A DNA stretch of 64,000 nt from Oikopleura dioica (GCA_907165135.1 OU015566.1:12400001-12464000), one strand, 5' to 3'; counted from the first letter of the stretch, positions 23,701 to 36,209 are shown. Notes: generated by a model not told the origin, from the sequence alone. Numbers and translations are program-made.

Positions 23701-26410
23701 GATTCCTGGTCAACTTGGTCCAATTGGTTCAAAAGGGCTGAAAGGATATCGAGGAAAAGAAGGCGGCGATGGACCAGTGGGATTTCCCGGACCAAAAGGG
23801 ATTAAAGGGTTACCTGGCGAGAAGGGTATCAAAGGAGTAAACGGTCCAGCAGGGATATTCGGCCTTCGTGGTGAACCTGGTGCAAAAGGAGATGTTGGGC
23901 CAAAAGGACACATCGGTACTCAAGGTGAAGAAGGCGGAATCGGCGAAGAAGGAGATCCTGGGCCTATTGGTTTACCTGGAAAGCGAGGAAGACGCGGTGC
24001 ATGGGGTAAACCAGGCCATATCGGTTTCAAAGGTGAACCTGGTCTCGTCGGTGGGCCTGGACCACAAGGCATTCAAGGTCATCCTGGCCCTCTCGGCGAT
24101 CCTGGTCCTCAAGGTCCGGTCGGCCGTAAAGGTGCTGCTGGCCCTCCTGGTCTTACTGGAGAAAGAGGTCGAGTTGGACTCACTGGTATCGAAGGTAAAC
24201 CAGGTCTCAAAGGCGAGCGGGGAGTATCTGGCCTCATCGGTACAGCTGGCGAGAAAGGTTTACCTGGCCCAGAAGGATATATTGGGATGCCCGGTGGAGT
24301 TGGCTTTCGTGGTGATCTTGGTGATAAAGGCGAGCCCGGGCCACCTGGTTTTCCTGGCGCGACTGGTCCGAAAGGCGAGGAAGGTACTCCTGGAAGGCAA
24401 GGACCAATGGGAATCTCCGGAAATCAAGGTACCTTCGGCGACCCTGGCCATATTGGACTTCACGGAAAAGCAGGTCCTCTCGGACCAACAGGTGTTCCTG
24501 GTCGAACTGGTGATCGCGGTGATCGTGGAATAAAAGGAAAACCAGGTCCACAAGGTCCTGATGGCAAACGTGGATTCATTGGCATGACTGGAAATCTTGG
24601 TCCAAAAGGCAAACTCGGACCACGAGGTGCTGAAGGATTCAAGGTTAGATAAATCAGAATTTCAGTCGAGAAAAATAATTATTTAGGGTCAAGTCGGATA
24701 CCCTGGCATTCCAGGAGCTCCTGGTTTAGCTGGAGCTCGAGGTCCAAAAGGACAGACTGGTGATGCCGGCCCTGATGGCCTCACTGGACAAATTGTAAGA
24801 TTTCTCATATTAGCCGAGTCTTATTATATATTCAGGGAGCACAAGGTCCTCGCGGTCTGAAAGGACCCCCGGGTAAACAAGGGGTTACCGGTGGATTTGG
24901 TCGTCCAGGACCACCTGGCATCAAAGGTGAAAATGGACAAGTGGGAATCCCAGGCCAAATTGGCATGACTGGCGATCCGGGTTTTCCTGGTCAGCCCGGT
25001 TTTCAAGGTCCTCCTGGTGAGCGCGGCGAAGCTGGAGAAAAGGGCCTAAAGGTAGTATCTTTTTAAGCGTATAATTTCATGATTATGATAAGGGTTTCGA
25101 AGGACAACAAGGCTACCCTGGAATCACTGGCTTGTACGGACGAAAGGGAGAGCCCGGCTCGGCGGGTCGAATCGGTCGCGAAGGTCGAGTTGGTTTACCT
25201 GGAAGAAATGGTCCACACGGTATTCAAGGAGATCCCGGACAGCCTGGATATATCGGCGCTCCCGGCTTGAAAGGAATTCAAGGGCATCCAGGTCTTCCAG
25301 GAAGATACGGACCCATGGGAACGATCGGCATGCAGGGGAAAACTGGATCAAAAGGCGACTACGGTGATGTCGGCGAACTTGGTCACCGAGGTGCAGTTGG
25401 CAAGACAGGCCCGAGAGGAAGAGATGGCCAAGAAGGCCCGAGAGGTCCAAAAGGATCGAAAGGAAAACTTGGCAAAAAGGTTATATTTTTATTGATAAAC
25501 TTTCTGATAAAATTTCAGGGCATGAAAGGTGTCCGTGGAACTTTTGGACCCGAAGGTCCACAAGGGCGACAAGGACCAACCGGTGACAGAGGAATTCAAG
25601 GAATATCCGGGCTTGAGGGACCAAGAGGAGATCCCGGGCTTCCCGGACCGCCTGGACCACCCGGTGCTCAAACTGCATCTTATTCGTTCGATAAAATGTC
25701 TTACCAAAACGTGAGAATATTGCCTGATCCTGAAAACTAATTGTTTCAGGACATGTTCGTCGGAGTAAAAGAGGATCTCGTAGACCTCAAACGCCATATC
25801 CGACGCTTTGCCAGCCCTAATGGCGCTGAAAAAGATGAAGCCGTCCAATCTTGCGCCGAACTAGGACCGAAAGCTTATGGTCAAAAAGTAATCGATCCCA
25901 ACCAGGGCCATAATGGGGATGCTCTGATTGGCGAATGTTTTGTCCAAGATGATTTCGTCTTAACCTGCTTTTCCTTCGACTTTGAAGATGGTGTTCATCC
26001 AGAAATCAAGGTTAGTATTTTTTTATTATTTGAAAATATGAAGTATCTTTAGCTGACGGCAAGTCAAATGAAAATCCTGGGAATACTGTCCTCCAAAGTC
26101 ACTCAAAAGTTCAACGTCTCCTACTTGGCGGCGAAGCTCTGTACAGATTCAAAAACGATACAAGTCGCCAATTTCTTGCATTATTTGAGCGATTCGAAAA
26201 TCGCCGCTTTATCACTAAACTGCCGCAAAACCAAGTCTAAGGTTTGACATCAATTTTTCTATGTCAGAGAATAGAAAAATTTAGGATTGGGACGAAGAAA
26301 TTTTCCGATTTGAGTCGCCAACAAAACTTCCAATTGGGCGATTAAAATGGCTCAATGGCTTTTCTCCCAACCGCAAATTCATAAAGGAACTGGTCGTTCG
26401 ACTTGAATAA
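20783..26410 (+). CDS. Fibrillar collagen alpha chain (TSPN-like N-propeptide, ~310 Gly-X-Y triplets, divergent COLFI); first exon tentative
   Basis: Signal peptide [24 protein letters not shown]. Gly-X-Y run from 22655 to ~25668 over 5 exons. C-propeptide motifs [37 protein letters not shown] and KLPI. Confidence 0.92.
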
Positions 26411-26724
26411 TTATTTCTTATTTCTAAAATGACCGCGAAAAAAGATCAAAAGCGAACTGTGTTTCTTCCATCCAAATCAACTCAAGAACAATTCCTGACT
26501 CATGAATGAAAAGCTCAGCTCTTAGCACCAACTAGTTCATCAAAAATTCTGTATAATTTCTGTAAACATTACAGTGTAAAGACTAATTCTATATGTAAAT
26601 AAACAATAATTTGTTTCCTACCACTTCGTTGAAGAAAAAATGCATTGTTTTACGCGCAAATATTTGAAAAATGAAGAAATTTTACGAAATCGGGAGAAAA
26701 AAACTAACAAATAAAGCCTTCATT

Positions 26725-27559
26725 ATGAAGGTCAGAGAGTTTCAAAAGAAAGATCCAGACCAAGCTTATGCAATTTGGAAGCATGGAATGTCAGTCGATC
26801 TGACAGAGCAAAGGGTTTGACGGAAGGTGAAATTAAAATCCAAAAAGAAATTAAGATCGACTGGATTTTCAATCTTTTTCACGTCCGCCTCATCCTGCTA
26901 GCTCTACCGCTTGTAGTTCTCTATTGTGGCTATGGAACTACCCCGGTCGGTTTTCTCTATGCAATTGTCCCATCTGGTCTTCTAATTGCTTTCTTGCGAT
27001 ATATGGTTCACTACACTTTGAATGGCTACGTAGCTACAAGAACAGACATGCTCAATATTCAAAAACACCACGGAAAGCGCTTTCTTGTCGCAGAGAACGA
27101 AGATGGAGAAATTATCGGGACCGTGGCGTACTCTGAAAAAACAAAAATATCTACTTTCAAAGTCCGGTTTTGAAGAACAAGATAATTTGCTAATGACATT
27201 TAGGGAGAGAGAATCGGGAAAAAGACGTGGGAAATGTTCTCGATGAGCGTCAAAAAAGAGGCAAGACGACTGGGAGTGGCGAACAAAATGCTTGGTAATG
27301 ATCAAATTAATTTTTTGTTCGTATATATTTTTCAAAAGCCGAGCTTGAAAAACGAGCAAGAGGTGCGAAAATACAGAATATCGTTTTCACTGCTACGACG
27401 CCTCAAGTACCAGCAGTTATTTTCTACAGAAAATGTGGCTACGATTTTGAATTTGAAGATTTTCCAGCTCTCGACCGAGGCTTTATCGGTGCGATTATTG
27501 CTGACTGCTTTTTCAAATTCTGTAAAATGAATATAATCAAGTTTCACAAAGAAATTTAA
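26725..27559 (+). CDS. NAT8/camello-like GNAT N-acetyltransferase, copy 1 (possible 1-nt frameshift at start of exon 3)
   Basis: MKVREFQKKD..IWKHGM, hydrophobic membrane segment, RFLVAENEDGEIIGTV, MSVKKEARRLGVANKML, PAVIFYRKCGY; same 4-exon layout as the paralogs. Confidence 0.8.
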
Positions 27560-27683
27560 CTCCTTCGCAACAAATAAAAGTTCTCTTGAAAAGATTTGCT
27601 GGCTGATTTATGCGCAATAAGCCGCCCAAATATTTGCAAAATGGAGAAATCTTTGCAATACCGGGAAAGGGAAATAGAAAGAA

Positions 27684-28512
27684 ATGGTGAAGATCCGAGA
27701 GTTTCAAGAGAAAGATCAAGATGAAGCTTATGCTATTTGGAAACATGGAATGTCGGTTGATCTGACAGAATACTGGGTTTGTTGCTGACTGAGATAAAAT
27801 TATTAAATAAGTTAGACTGACTGGATTTTCAATCTTTTTCACGTCCGGGTCATATTATTGACCCTTCCGCTTGTTGTTGTCTATTACGGTTACGGCACAC
27901 CTCCGGTCGGAATTCTTTATGCGATGGTTCCTTCTGGTCTATTCATCGGTTTCTTCCGCTTCATGATCTACTGGAACTTGAATGGCTATGTCGCGAGTAG
28001 AACTGATATGCTAAATATCAAAAAACATCACGGAAAGCGATTTTTGGTGGCGGAAGGTGATGATGGAGAGATTCTTGGAACCATCGTTTACGTTGAAGAA
28101 ACTAAGATTTCAACCTTCAAGGTTTGATTTTGAAGAAGCGTTTCACGGACTGAGATTTAGGGAAGAAAACTTGGCAAGAATACATGGGAAATGTTTTCGA
28201 TGAGCGTCAAGGAAAGCGCGAGACGACTTGGAATAGCTAATAAAATGCTTGGTAAGATCTTTCTCAATTTGTTTCTTCAAAACTTTTATAGCGGAGTTGG
28301 AGAAGCGAGCGAAAAAGTCAAAAACAGAGCGAATAGTTTTCACAGCTTCTACTCCTCAAGTTCCTGCCGTCAAGTTTTACAAAAAATGTGGCTACGATTT
28401 TGAGCACGAAGCTTTTCCGACCCTTGGAAGAAGCATTTTTGCGGCAATTTTTGCTGACTGCTTCTTAAAATTCTGTAGAATGGACATTGTCAAGTTTCAG
28501 AAAGAACTGTAA
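27684..28512 (+). CDS. NAT8/camello-like GNAT N-acetyltransferase, copy 2
   Basis: Four exons join in frame through GT-AG introns; MSVKESARRLGIANKML acetyl-CoA motif and PAVKFYKKCGY. Confidence 0.88.
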
Positions 28513-28566
28513 TAGACTATTTCAAATTTTGAAATTTTGCTTGTGAATTTGTGTATTTTTATTATA

Positions 28567-31506
28567 TTAAACAGTTGGAATATCTAGTTTTCCATCAAGT
28601 CTAACATTAGCAGCTGAATGAAGTTTGAGGTGATCAATGGAGTGAATGCAAGAATTGCAGTAAATCGATTTCGGACACATTGGGCACTGTTGGCAAGGGA
28701 AGGGTTGCCCTTGCTCTGGAGGGAAAATGGTGATGCGACAGGAACTGCAAGCCATTGAAGGAATATCGGGTTTGGTGTCGATCGGAGATTGCTGGCTGGT
28801 GAGGGGGGAAGAGGTGATTGAATCGAAGGAGTCCGTCTGGTCCATTTCAGTGATGGTCATTTCGTCAGAAGGTTCTTCCTTGATTTCAGCAGTGGGGAGG
28901 TTTCTAATTGAAATAATAAGACCCGCTGCTTCATTTGGGTAAGGCTTACTTACCCTTGAAGATTTTGCAAGAACGGCAAGAGCTTAGAAATCGCTGCTGG
29001 GTCTGATTGTAATTGAAGTGAAAGGAGCAATTGAAGATGTGCTTTGAGATCGATGCCGGGCAAATTGGCGAGATTCGATAAATTTGGTGATGAAGAGTTG
29101 GGGCTTGAAGCGCTGCTAGAGGCGGTCGGAATTGACGAGGTTTTGACTTGAATCGGGGCGAGTGTGCTGGAAGTGGTCAGCTTCTCGACCGACTTAGGCG
29201 TCATCCGGAAATTGCTGGAAGCAGAAGCGGGTGAAAGAATCGTAGGAGCGATAGAACTTGGTGCCGGCGCAAGTTTGGGTTGCTTGCTTGGAGGACCGTT
29301 GTAGTGGGTCATGGTCAGACCGTTAGCTTTTGCAGTTTTCTCGAAGTTTTTCTTGCGATTTCGCCGTCGGGGAGTTTCCTGCGTGTTTTCGGAGACTACT
29401 CGATGTTTCTAAAATTTAATTTGAAGCCAATAAAAAATTTCTTAGATCTTACCCCGTGAAGTGACCAGTAGAGCGCACACGAATTACAGGCGAGTTTGCC
29501 TGTGTACTGGGGAAAATCGCGTTGAGCGACAAGACCAGGCCTCTTGAGTTCGATTTCTTCCGGGCTCTTTATTCGTCTCCAGAGGGTCGCCGTATTCGTT
29601 CCGCAATTGATGCAAATATTCTTTGAGTTTTTCTTGGCTCCCCCGCGGCGAGATGCTTCTGTCGCTTGTGGGGTAGAACTTGAAATAGTTGGTGTTGCTT
29701 GGACGACTGTGGCATTTGTCGTGAGTGGAATCGAGCTAGTGGGAGACGAACGGGAGCTAGGGATTACTGACACGGCTTGAACCATTGAAGGAAGGCTATT
29801 TTTGTTTCCGGACATCCAGCTCATCTTTTCCATCTCGTTTCCACTAAATTAGTTGATGAAGAAAATTATTCGTCGGGTTTTAAGGGCGCTAGACATGACA
29901 AAGTCTGGAGAAAATTATCGGGCGCGAGCCGGTTATCGAATTACAGACGTTAATTTCTCGTCCCGGTCTTAGTTAGGCTCACATGACTTACGTTGAGGAT
30001 TTTGGCGTCGTCGTGGCGATCGTCACGGGAGTCAGACGCAGAACGTTCTTTGACGCGAGCAGCTTTGAAAGTTGAGCTTGTTGGACGCCGTTCAAATTGT
30101 TCGTGTTCTCTTGCGTCTTCTGAGTGTTGTTATTCTTTGAAAAATCAGCTTTTCTTACCGGTTGATCGCCGTTTGACACGATAAGCGACATGTACTTCTG
30201 TAGATCTGACTGACTGACGTTGTATTTCGCGACTAATTTCAACATGAAACCAGGGTCGCTTTTTCCTTTCGCTTCCTGAATAATTCAATCAAAATCAAGT
30301 TCAATCTATCTTCATTTGATGATCATTCGATTAACTCTTTAACTACCTGTAGGAGCTGCTTGATCCTCTTGATCGTAGAAAGTGGGAGCTTTGTGACTGG
30401 GCAAACGTACGCAGCGGGATTGATTGATTCTGTCTTCCATGTTTTCGGCATCGTGACTTTACCAGTTGTCGCTAAAAAAAGCAATAAATATATGAAAGAT
30501 GAATAAGAGTAGCGGCTTTCTACCTGTTGAGCTGGAACTGGTGTCTCTATACATATTGAAATCAGACGGTTTGATGCTCCACTTCAAGCAGAGCTCGTCC
30601 AGATCTGCGCCTGGATTTTCTTTGAGCTCGTTGTTGATCGCTTTGACTCTGGCGACTTTCTCCTCTTCGGATAGTTTGAGCTGCCTGCCAGGAGCTTGCG
30701 AGCGCTGGCTAGCACCCTAAAAGATTAGTTAGCGTCACCGTTATTTATATAATCGCCCAGATAAGATGAATTTTATGTAAATCTTACTTCTGCTGGCACG
30801 ATCCTCATTGATTCGTACATCAGGAAATTTGAAAATTCAAAGAGATCTCTGTTCATCTTTATGTAGCCATAGTTCTTGAGGTGTTTCGACCTCGTCGTTT
30901 CGTAACAGAATGTACAGACAGATTTAGTCCCGTCGTAGTTGACAAAGCACTCTTTCTTGGCATAGTTGAATGTGCAGCCGACGCAACGAACACTCCCAGG
31001 AGCATTTGTTTGGGTGGATTTGACATGAGCTCGGGCTTTCCAAGTTAGGAAGTCAACTAGAAAAATGACTAAGGCGTCGAGATGATGATCCTACCTTTGT
31101 GGATGTTGTGATGCACTTGCAGCAAATTCTCATCCTCAAAGGATCGGTCACAAACATGGCAAATGTACTCATCTTCATCGATCTTCAAATTTCCTTCTTC
31201 ATCCGAATCTGTATTAGTAATTTCTAGTGACCCTTAGATTGAGTTCATGAATACCAATTTCTGACTCAGAAATAAATTCTGAGGATTGTCTACAGCTGCA
31301 GAGTAGGAAAAGAACATCCTGAAGGCCTACTGATAGACATGGATCGATTCATAGACAAAATATTGAACTCTTCCTGAATCATCGGATTTTGACCTGCTTG
31401 AAATTGAGGAATCAAGGACGAGATCTTCTGGCGACTGTGGTTGGATAATCATGTAGTCAGCAGGAGACTCGCCGCGAGGACCGGCTGGTTGAACTGATAC
31501 AGACAT
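28567..31506 (-). CDS. Multi-domain nuclear protein: C2H2 finger, C4 finger, two HTH-like modules, GATA-type finger with expanded loop, C-terminal ZZ-like finger
   Basis: YICHVCDRSFEDENLLQVHHNIH (~31095-31165); CVGC-x19-CTFC (~30900-30985); LSEEEKVARVKAINNELKENPGADLDELCLKWSIKPSDFNMY and LKLVAKYNVSQSDLQKY; CINCGTNTATLWRR..CNSCALYWSLHG/KHR..RRRNRKK; CSSC..CQQCPMC..CNSC..H. Confidence 0.8.
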
Positions 31507-31589
31507 GCTGGTAGCTTCGTTTCAATTTTCTAGAGAATAGAGATTAGTATACAAAGGTAAATCAAAGAAGATCGGCTCTCCTCGTTGTT

Positions 31590-34500
31590 TGCTCTTTATC
31601 ACTTTGGTGCGATATCAAAAACGAAGCGTGAGAGAGCCAAAGAAAACGCATAAGGATTTATCATTTAGCTTCACATGACTACCCCAAAAAGACGGGACAA
31701 TTAAAAACCCCGACTTTTAATAAGACAGTGGAGGAGTATATTGAGTTGTTTTGACAATGTCTGATTTATTACGACAACAAGGACTTTTCAAGTACTTTTT
31801 TGTTAAAACAACTTCTTTAGATGAAAAAATTTTGTTAAAAAAACTTGTCACTCAATGATTTACAAAGTAACTTGGCCTGATAAAATCACAAAACAACAAT
31901 AGAAAACCTCCGCCAAGGGCTAAAGCGTCCAGCAGGTGAGCTGAGGAGATAATGAGGGCCTAATTTAGTCAAAAGAGGCTCTTTGTTTTCTCTCTTTGAG
32001 CGAGACAAAAAACGGCTACGTCCGTGAAATTGCGTTTCTCGATAAGAAAGAAGGAAAAAAGGAGCGAACTACCGAAGTGTTCAGTTCCAAACTCACACGC
32101 TCGGGGCTCTCTATCGATCGTGGCTCTTATCATCTTGCTGATCGATTTTTTCGGCGATGCAGTAACTGGTAAACTAGAGTTTGGAAATAGAACATAAGGG
32201 TTGAATCCATCGAAAAATCAGGAAAAAAAGACAAGATTCTAATCAATTATCGAGTCACGCTTTTTGCCACTGATAAGTTTTTATCATTTTCGTTATTTTC
32301 CAACCAAGCGGAAAACAAAAACTCGTAACGATCGTCATTTCCTGCCGCTTGTAACCGTGGTGATGGGTTAACGCCCTTATCAGTGTGTTTTTTGGCGTGG
32401 CAATGGCGCAGGATTTCCGTCTTCCTGCTCAGTTATCAATCTATTCATTACTGATACGGTAGTTTACTGCGTATAAACCGGTATATAAAGTGGAGATACT
32501 GATAAGAGGTATATACTGATAAGACGTTATGGATCAACTTTCATATAAGCTTATAAAAGTAAGAAATTGAATGATTATTCAATCCAAAAAATACTACTCA
32601 TAAAGCTTTAAAAAGGTGATAAGAAACTCTCCATACCGTTGTGTAGTCTTTCTTCTTTCAGTTCAGCTCTCTGTCGTTAAAATAAATGAGGAAAATGCCA
32701 AATAAGGATCTCCCCCGCTCTGCGACTGATATGGGAGCGTAAAAATTTCAACTTTTGTTATGCTTTTTTTTCTTCGTTTGTGTTAGAAAATCATCTTCCT
32801 GTTTGGCCTCGGCGCGTCACGGCTCGATATCTCGGCCAGAGTTCTCTCTGATATTTTTTTTCTTTATCTTTGTTCTTATCTCAAAATTGGAGATTTGGAA
32901 CTGGTGCCCCTTCGGTCTGGCGGAGGCTCCGTTCGAGGGTTGGAAAAAATAATGGTCGAGTGGGGTGCCGAGGAGCCGATAGAGCGCGTTTTATTGAATC
33001 CGTGAATCAATAAAAAACGGCCTTTTATCACTGAATAAACCAAATAGGGCGCCCCGCGCGTTGAGAGTGAGCGAGAGAGAGAGAGAAAGAGTAGGACGTA
33101 GGCACATGGAAGAAACAGACGAGAGTGTGTCGACTCTACGCCAACACACCAAACACACCGCACTTATCATTAGCTCGCAGCGGGCAATGCTACAACACCA
33201 CTAGCGACTCACCAAAATCCGAAGCTATTATCATCGAGCCGTTTTATGGCGCGCGCTCTTTTTTTCTGGAGAAGAATCATTAATGCTTATCAATTCATGG
33301 TTTTATTGAGATCTTAGATCTATTTATGTAACTCTAGTCATGAGAATATGAATCGGAAGGATAATATTTCTTGAGCGAATCCAAACAGAAGGGACAAAAT
33401 CGAAGGTCTCCAAAAATTTGAAAATTCTTGCTCAAAAAGAGCCAAATTTAGCGACAAATGAGGCGAAGCTTCGCTTCGCTCTGAGTCTTTCTTTGGCGAA
33501 GATTCGCTTCGCTCATCTTTGGCTTTGGAAAGTTTCACTTGCTGTCCGTAGTTTGCTATGATTTTGAAGCAAAGTGGGACATGTTCTATCGTTATTTGAG
33601 CAGCACAACCTATTTCCCTTTTCATGCTTGTTTTGTTGGAAGGAGCGGACTATTTTTAAGAGATTTGTTTTGTGTCAAATGGACGATTGAACTCCTAAAG
33701 GCCTCGGAGCTTCGCTTATTCAAACACAGACGGCGAAGACGGCAAACCTGATCAAAGCTCAATAGTGATAGCGCGCTGTTTGCGGGACCCTCCATTCACA
33801 ATTCACTATTGACAGTACTGATCTCAGCGAGGTACCGGCCGCGCATGGAATCGAATTTCTAGCGGATCAAAAGCTAAAGTTTGGAGCTGGCTTTCTATCA
33901 TTCAAATTCTCCTTCGAATAATGAAGTCGTCATCTTCCCACGACGGGATTAGGGTTAGTTCTTTAATTGTTTGTAAGAATTATTCAGCATCACAGTACTC
34001 GAAGTGTGGTTATTGCTCGCCTCGTAAATACGAGCTCTTATCAGAGACTCACGGCGTAATTATGCACTATTGAATATAATCAATCATCCATGAACACAAT
34101 CTGCTTATCTTATGTCATTTTATATTTGTTATTAGTGCAGTGTAGTTTAACCAATAGTAAATTAATTATTTCAACGATGAAGACTCTAAAATGAAATCTT
34201 GCTGGAATTAAACTTTTATCAGTAGACTTAGGATCCACACTAGACGACCTACTTTGACTGTCTTTTTTCTTTTGATAAAAATAAAAACGAAGGTCAAAAA
34301 AGATTGGATAAAAACGATTTCCTTGGCTTTCTTCGCCGAGTTCTTGTTTGCCTGCCCTTTCGAATTTTAATTCACCATTTTAGTGATAAAAGCAAAGTCG
34401 TAAAGCGTGGCGCTCCACACTCCTTTGGAAAGGAGCGTTTCGTTTTTTGGATATTATCACGGAGGCAGGGCTTTTTTTGTTTTGCGAGTTGTCTCCAACC

Positions 34501-36040
34501 GTCTCAAGTGGGAGCAAATCCAGCGCTGGGAACGGGATTGTCATTTATGGTCAATATTGTCCTTCTTTTTCTACCAGCCAGGATTCAAAAAATGATAAAA
34601 GGAATCCTCCATCTGGGATCCCAAGTTGACACTGTCGAAAATAAATCTAATAGACAGCGTATCAACAAAACAGTGTAAATACTTTTTCATGAGCAGTAAA
34701 ATAGAACTGATTTGAAAAGACTTACTTTTGAACGAAGTTTTCTTTGTTGAAAAAATCTCTAATTACGGCTATTGGAGCTCTTAATCCGGTTTCTTGAAAA
34801 TTGGAATCGATAAAAAACAACAGGGGCCGGGGAAATTATAATCTTATCAGTCTCGGAGCGACGGGAGTGATGCCGAGCGCAGCGGGATATCTGAGAACGG
34901 AATCAACTGATCAATAAAAGCTCTATTTACTGCTGTTTGCTTAAATAAATATCCGATAAGAGCATTTTTCTTAGACTTGATGGATGAATTCGGAGCTTTA
35001 CAGATTTAGTTTAATACTTTTTCCTCGTGACCAAAAATAGATGTAGAAAAAGAAGTTCTTCAATCAGACACTCGTGAGACCGAATATGGAAGGAGAACAA
35101 CTTGATACCCTTCATGATTGTAATGAGGCTCACTTATCAGTCTCGATCGCGATAATAGCCCCAATCAATATAATTTTCCATCTTCGAATTTAAAAATATA
35201 CTGTCGGGCAATATAATACAGAGAGCTTTCTCGGGCGTTCGAAAAAGAGGGAGAGGAAATGTTATGTAATAAGAAAACCACTTGGAAATCGTTATCTCTA
35301 ACTTACCAGTATAGTAAAGTGGCGACATTTGGTTTAAAACTTGGGGGACAAGAGAATCTCTAGAGGCCCCTCATGAAGTACTGTTGCGTAAGTTTTACCG
35401 ATAAGAAATCTTATCTAGAACTTCTACTGGAAGTCTCTGACTCCACTTAGGTAATCACCTGTTGATAATTGTTGAATGAGCGCGAGAATCGTTGATTCTT
35501 AAGAGAGTCGTCTCCGCGTCGCTACTCTCTCTTATCACTTATTGATGCTCACAAGTTGCGAACAGGATCTTGCGACGGGTTTTCTTGAGACCACTGATCA
35601 GTTAGCCCGCGCAGTTCCAAGTGGTGGCGCCACATAAAGACATCGATGTGAGTCACTCATTGAGATTTAGAGGTGTGTGGGTGCTCCAACTCCTCACGTG
35701 GTGCTGCCAGTGATAACGGCCGCTCGATAAACGACGGCTCGCGGCGTGTTGCCCCGGCTCGGGCATTCAGGCACGCACGCGCCACAATGCCTTCTACCAC
35801 ACCACACATGATAGGGTGCGCACGCTAGTGTACTCTCACCCTAGCTTCGTAGGAAGACAACGAAGAAGTGACATTCAGTCGCGATTTTCCAAGCTCTTTA
35901 TCATTCTCCTACCTACTCATCCATCATCAAACATGTCGCAAAGCTGAGACTCACTATTTTTATTGCATGTCGGTAAAAGAATGTCTGACAGCTTTATTTC
36001 AAGTTTTTTTTACCGCGAGATGACGGGAATAAGGATAAGA
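31590..36040. promoter_or_regulatory. GATA-site-dense divergent regulatory region
   Basis: Manual count gives about 43 GATAA/TTATC, 19 GATAAG/CTTATC and 7 CTGATAAG/CTTATCAG in ~4.45 kb; no convincing long ORF in the region. Confidence 0.7.
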
Positions 36041-36209
36041 GGCCGCTGAATTTACAAATTGTCAATCAAGACAACTAATTTTCGCTGCGAAGATGGTCAG
36101 CTGGTAAATTGTCGGAGTTTCTCATTCGATAATCTGAGAAATTTGCACATGCTCAGCAATAATAATTCGGAGCAGGATTCATCCCGTCCTCAGAAGAGCA
36201 CAAAAAACC

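Noticed and set aside
22655-25668. Strong 9-bp periodicity suggesting a tandem repeat or CRISPR-like array
   Set aside because: Explained by Gly-X-Y coding.
34304-34678. 124-aa ORF inside the GATA-rich region
   Set aside because: TTG start, intergenic-like composition, no motifs.
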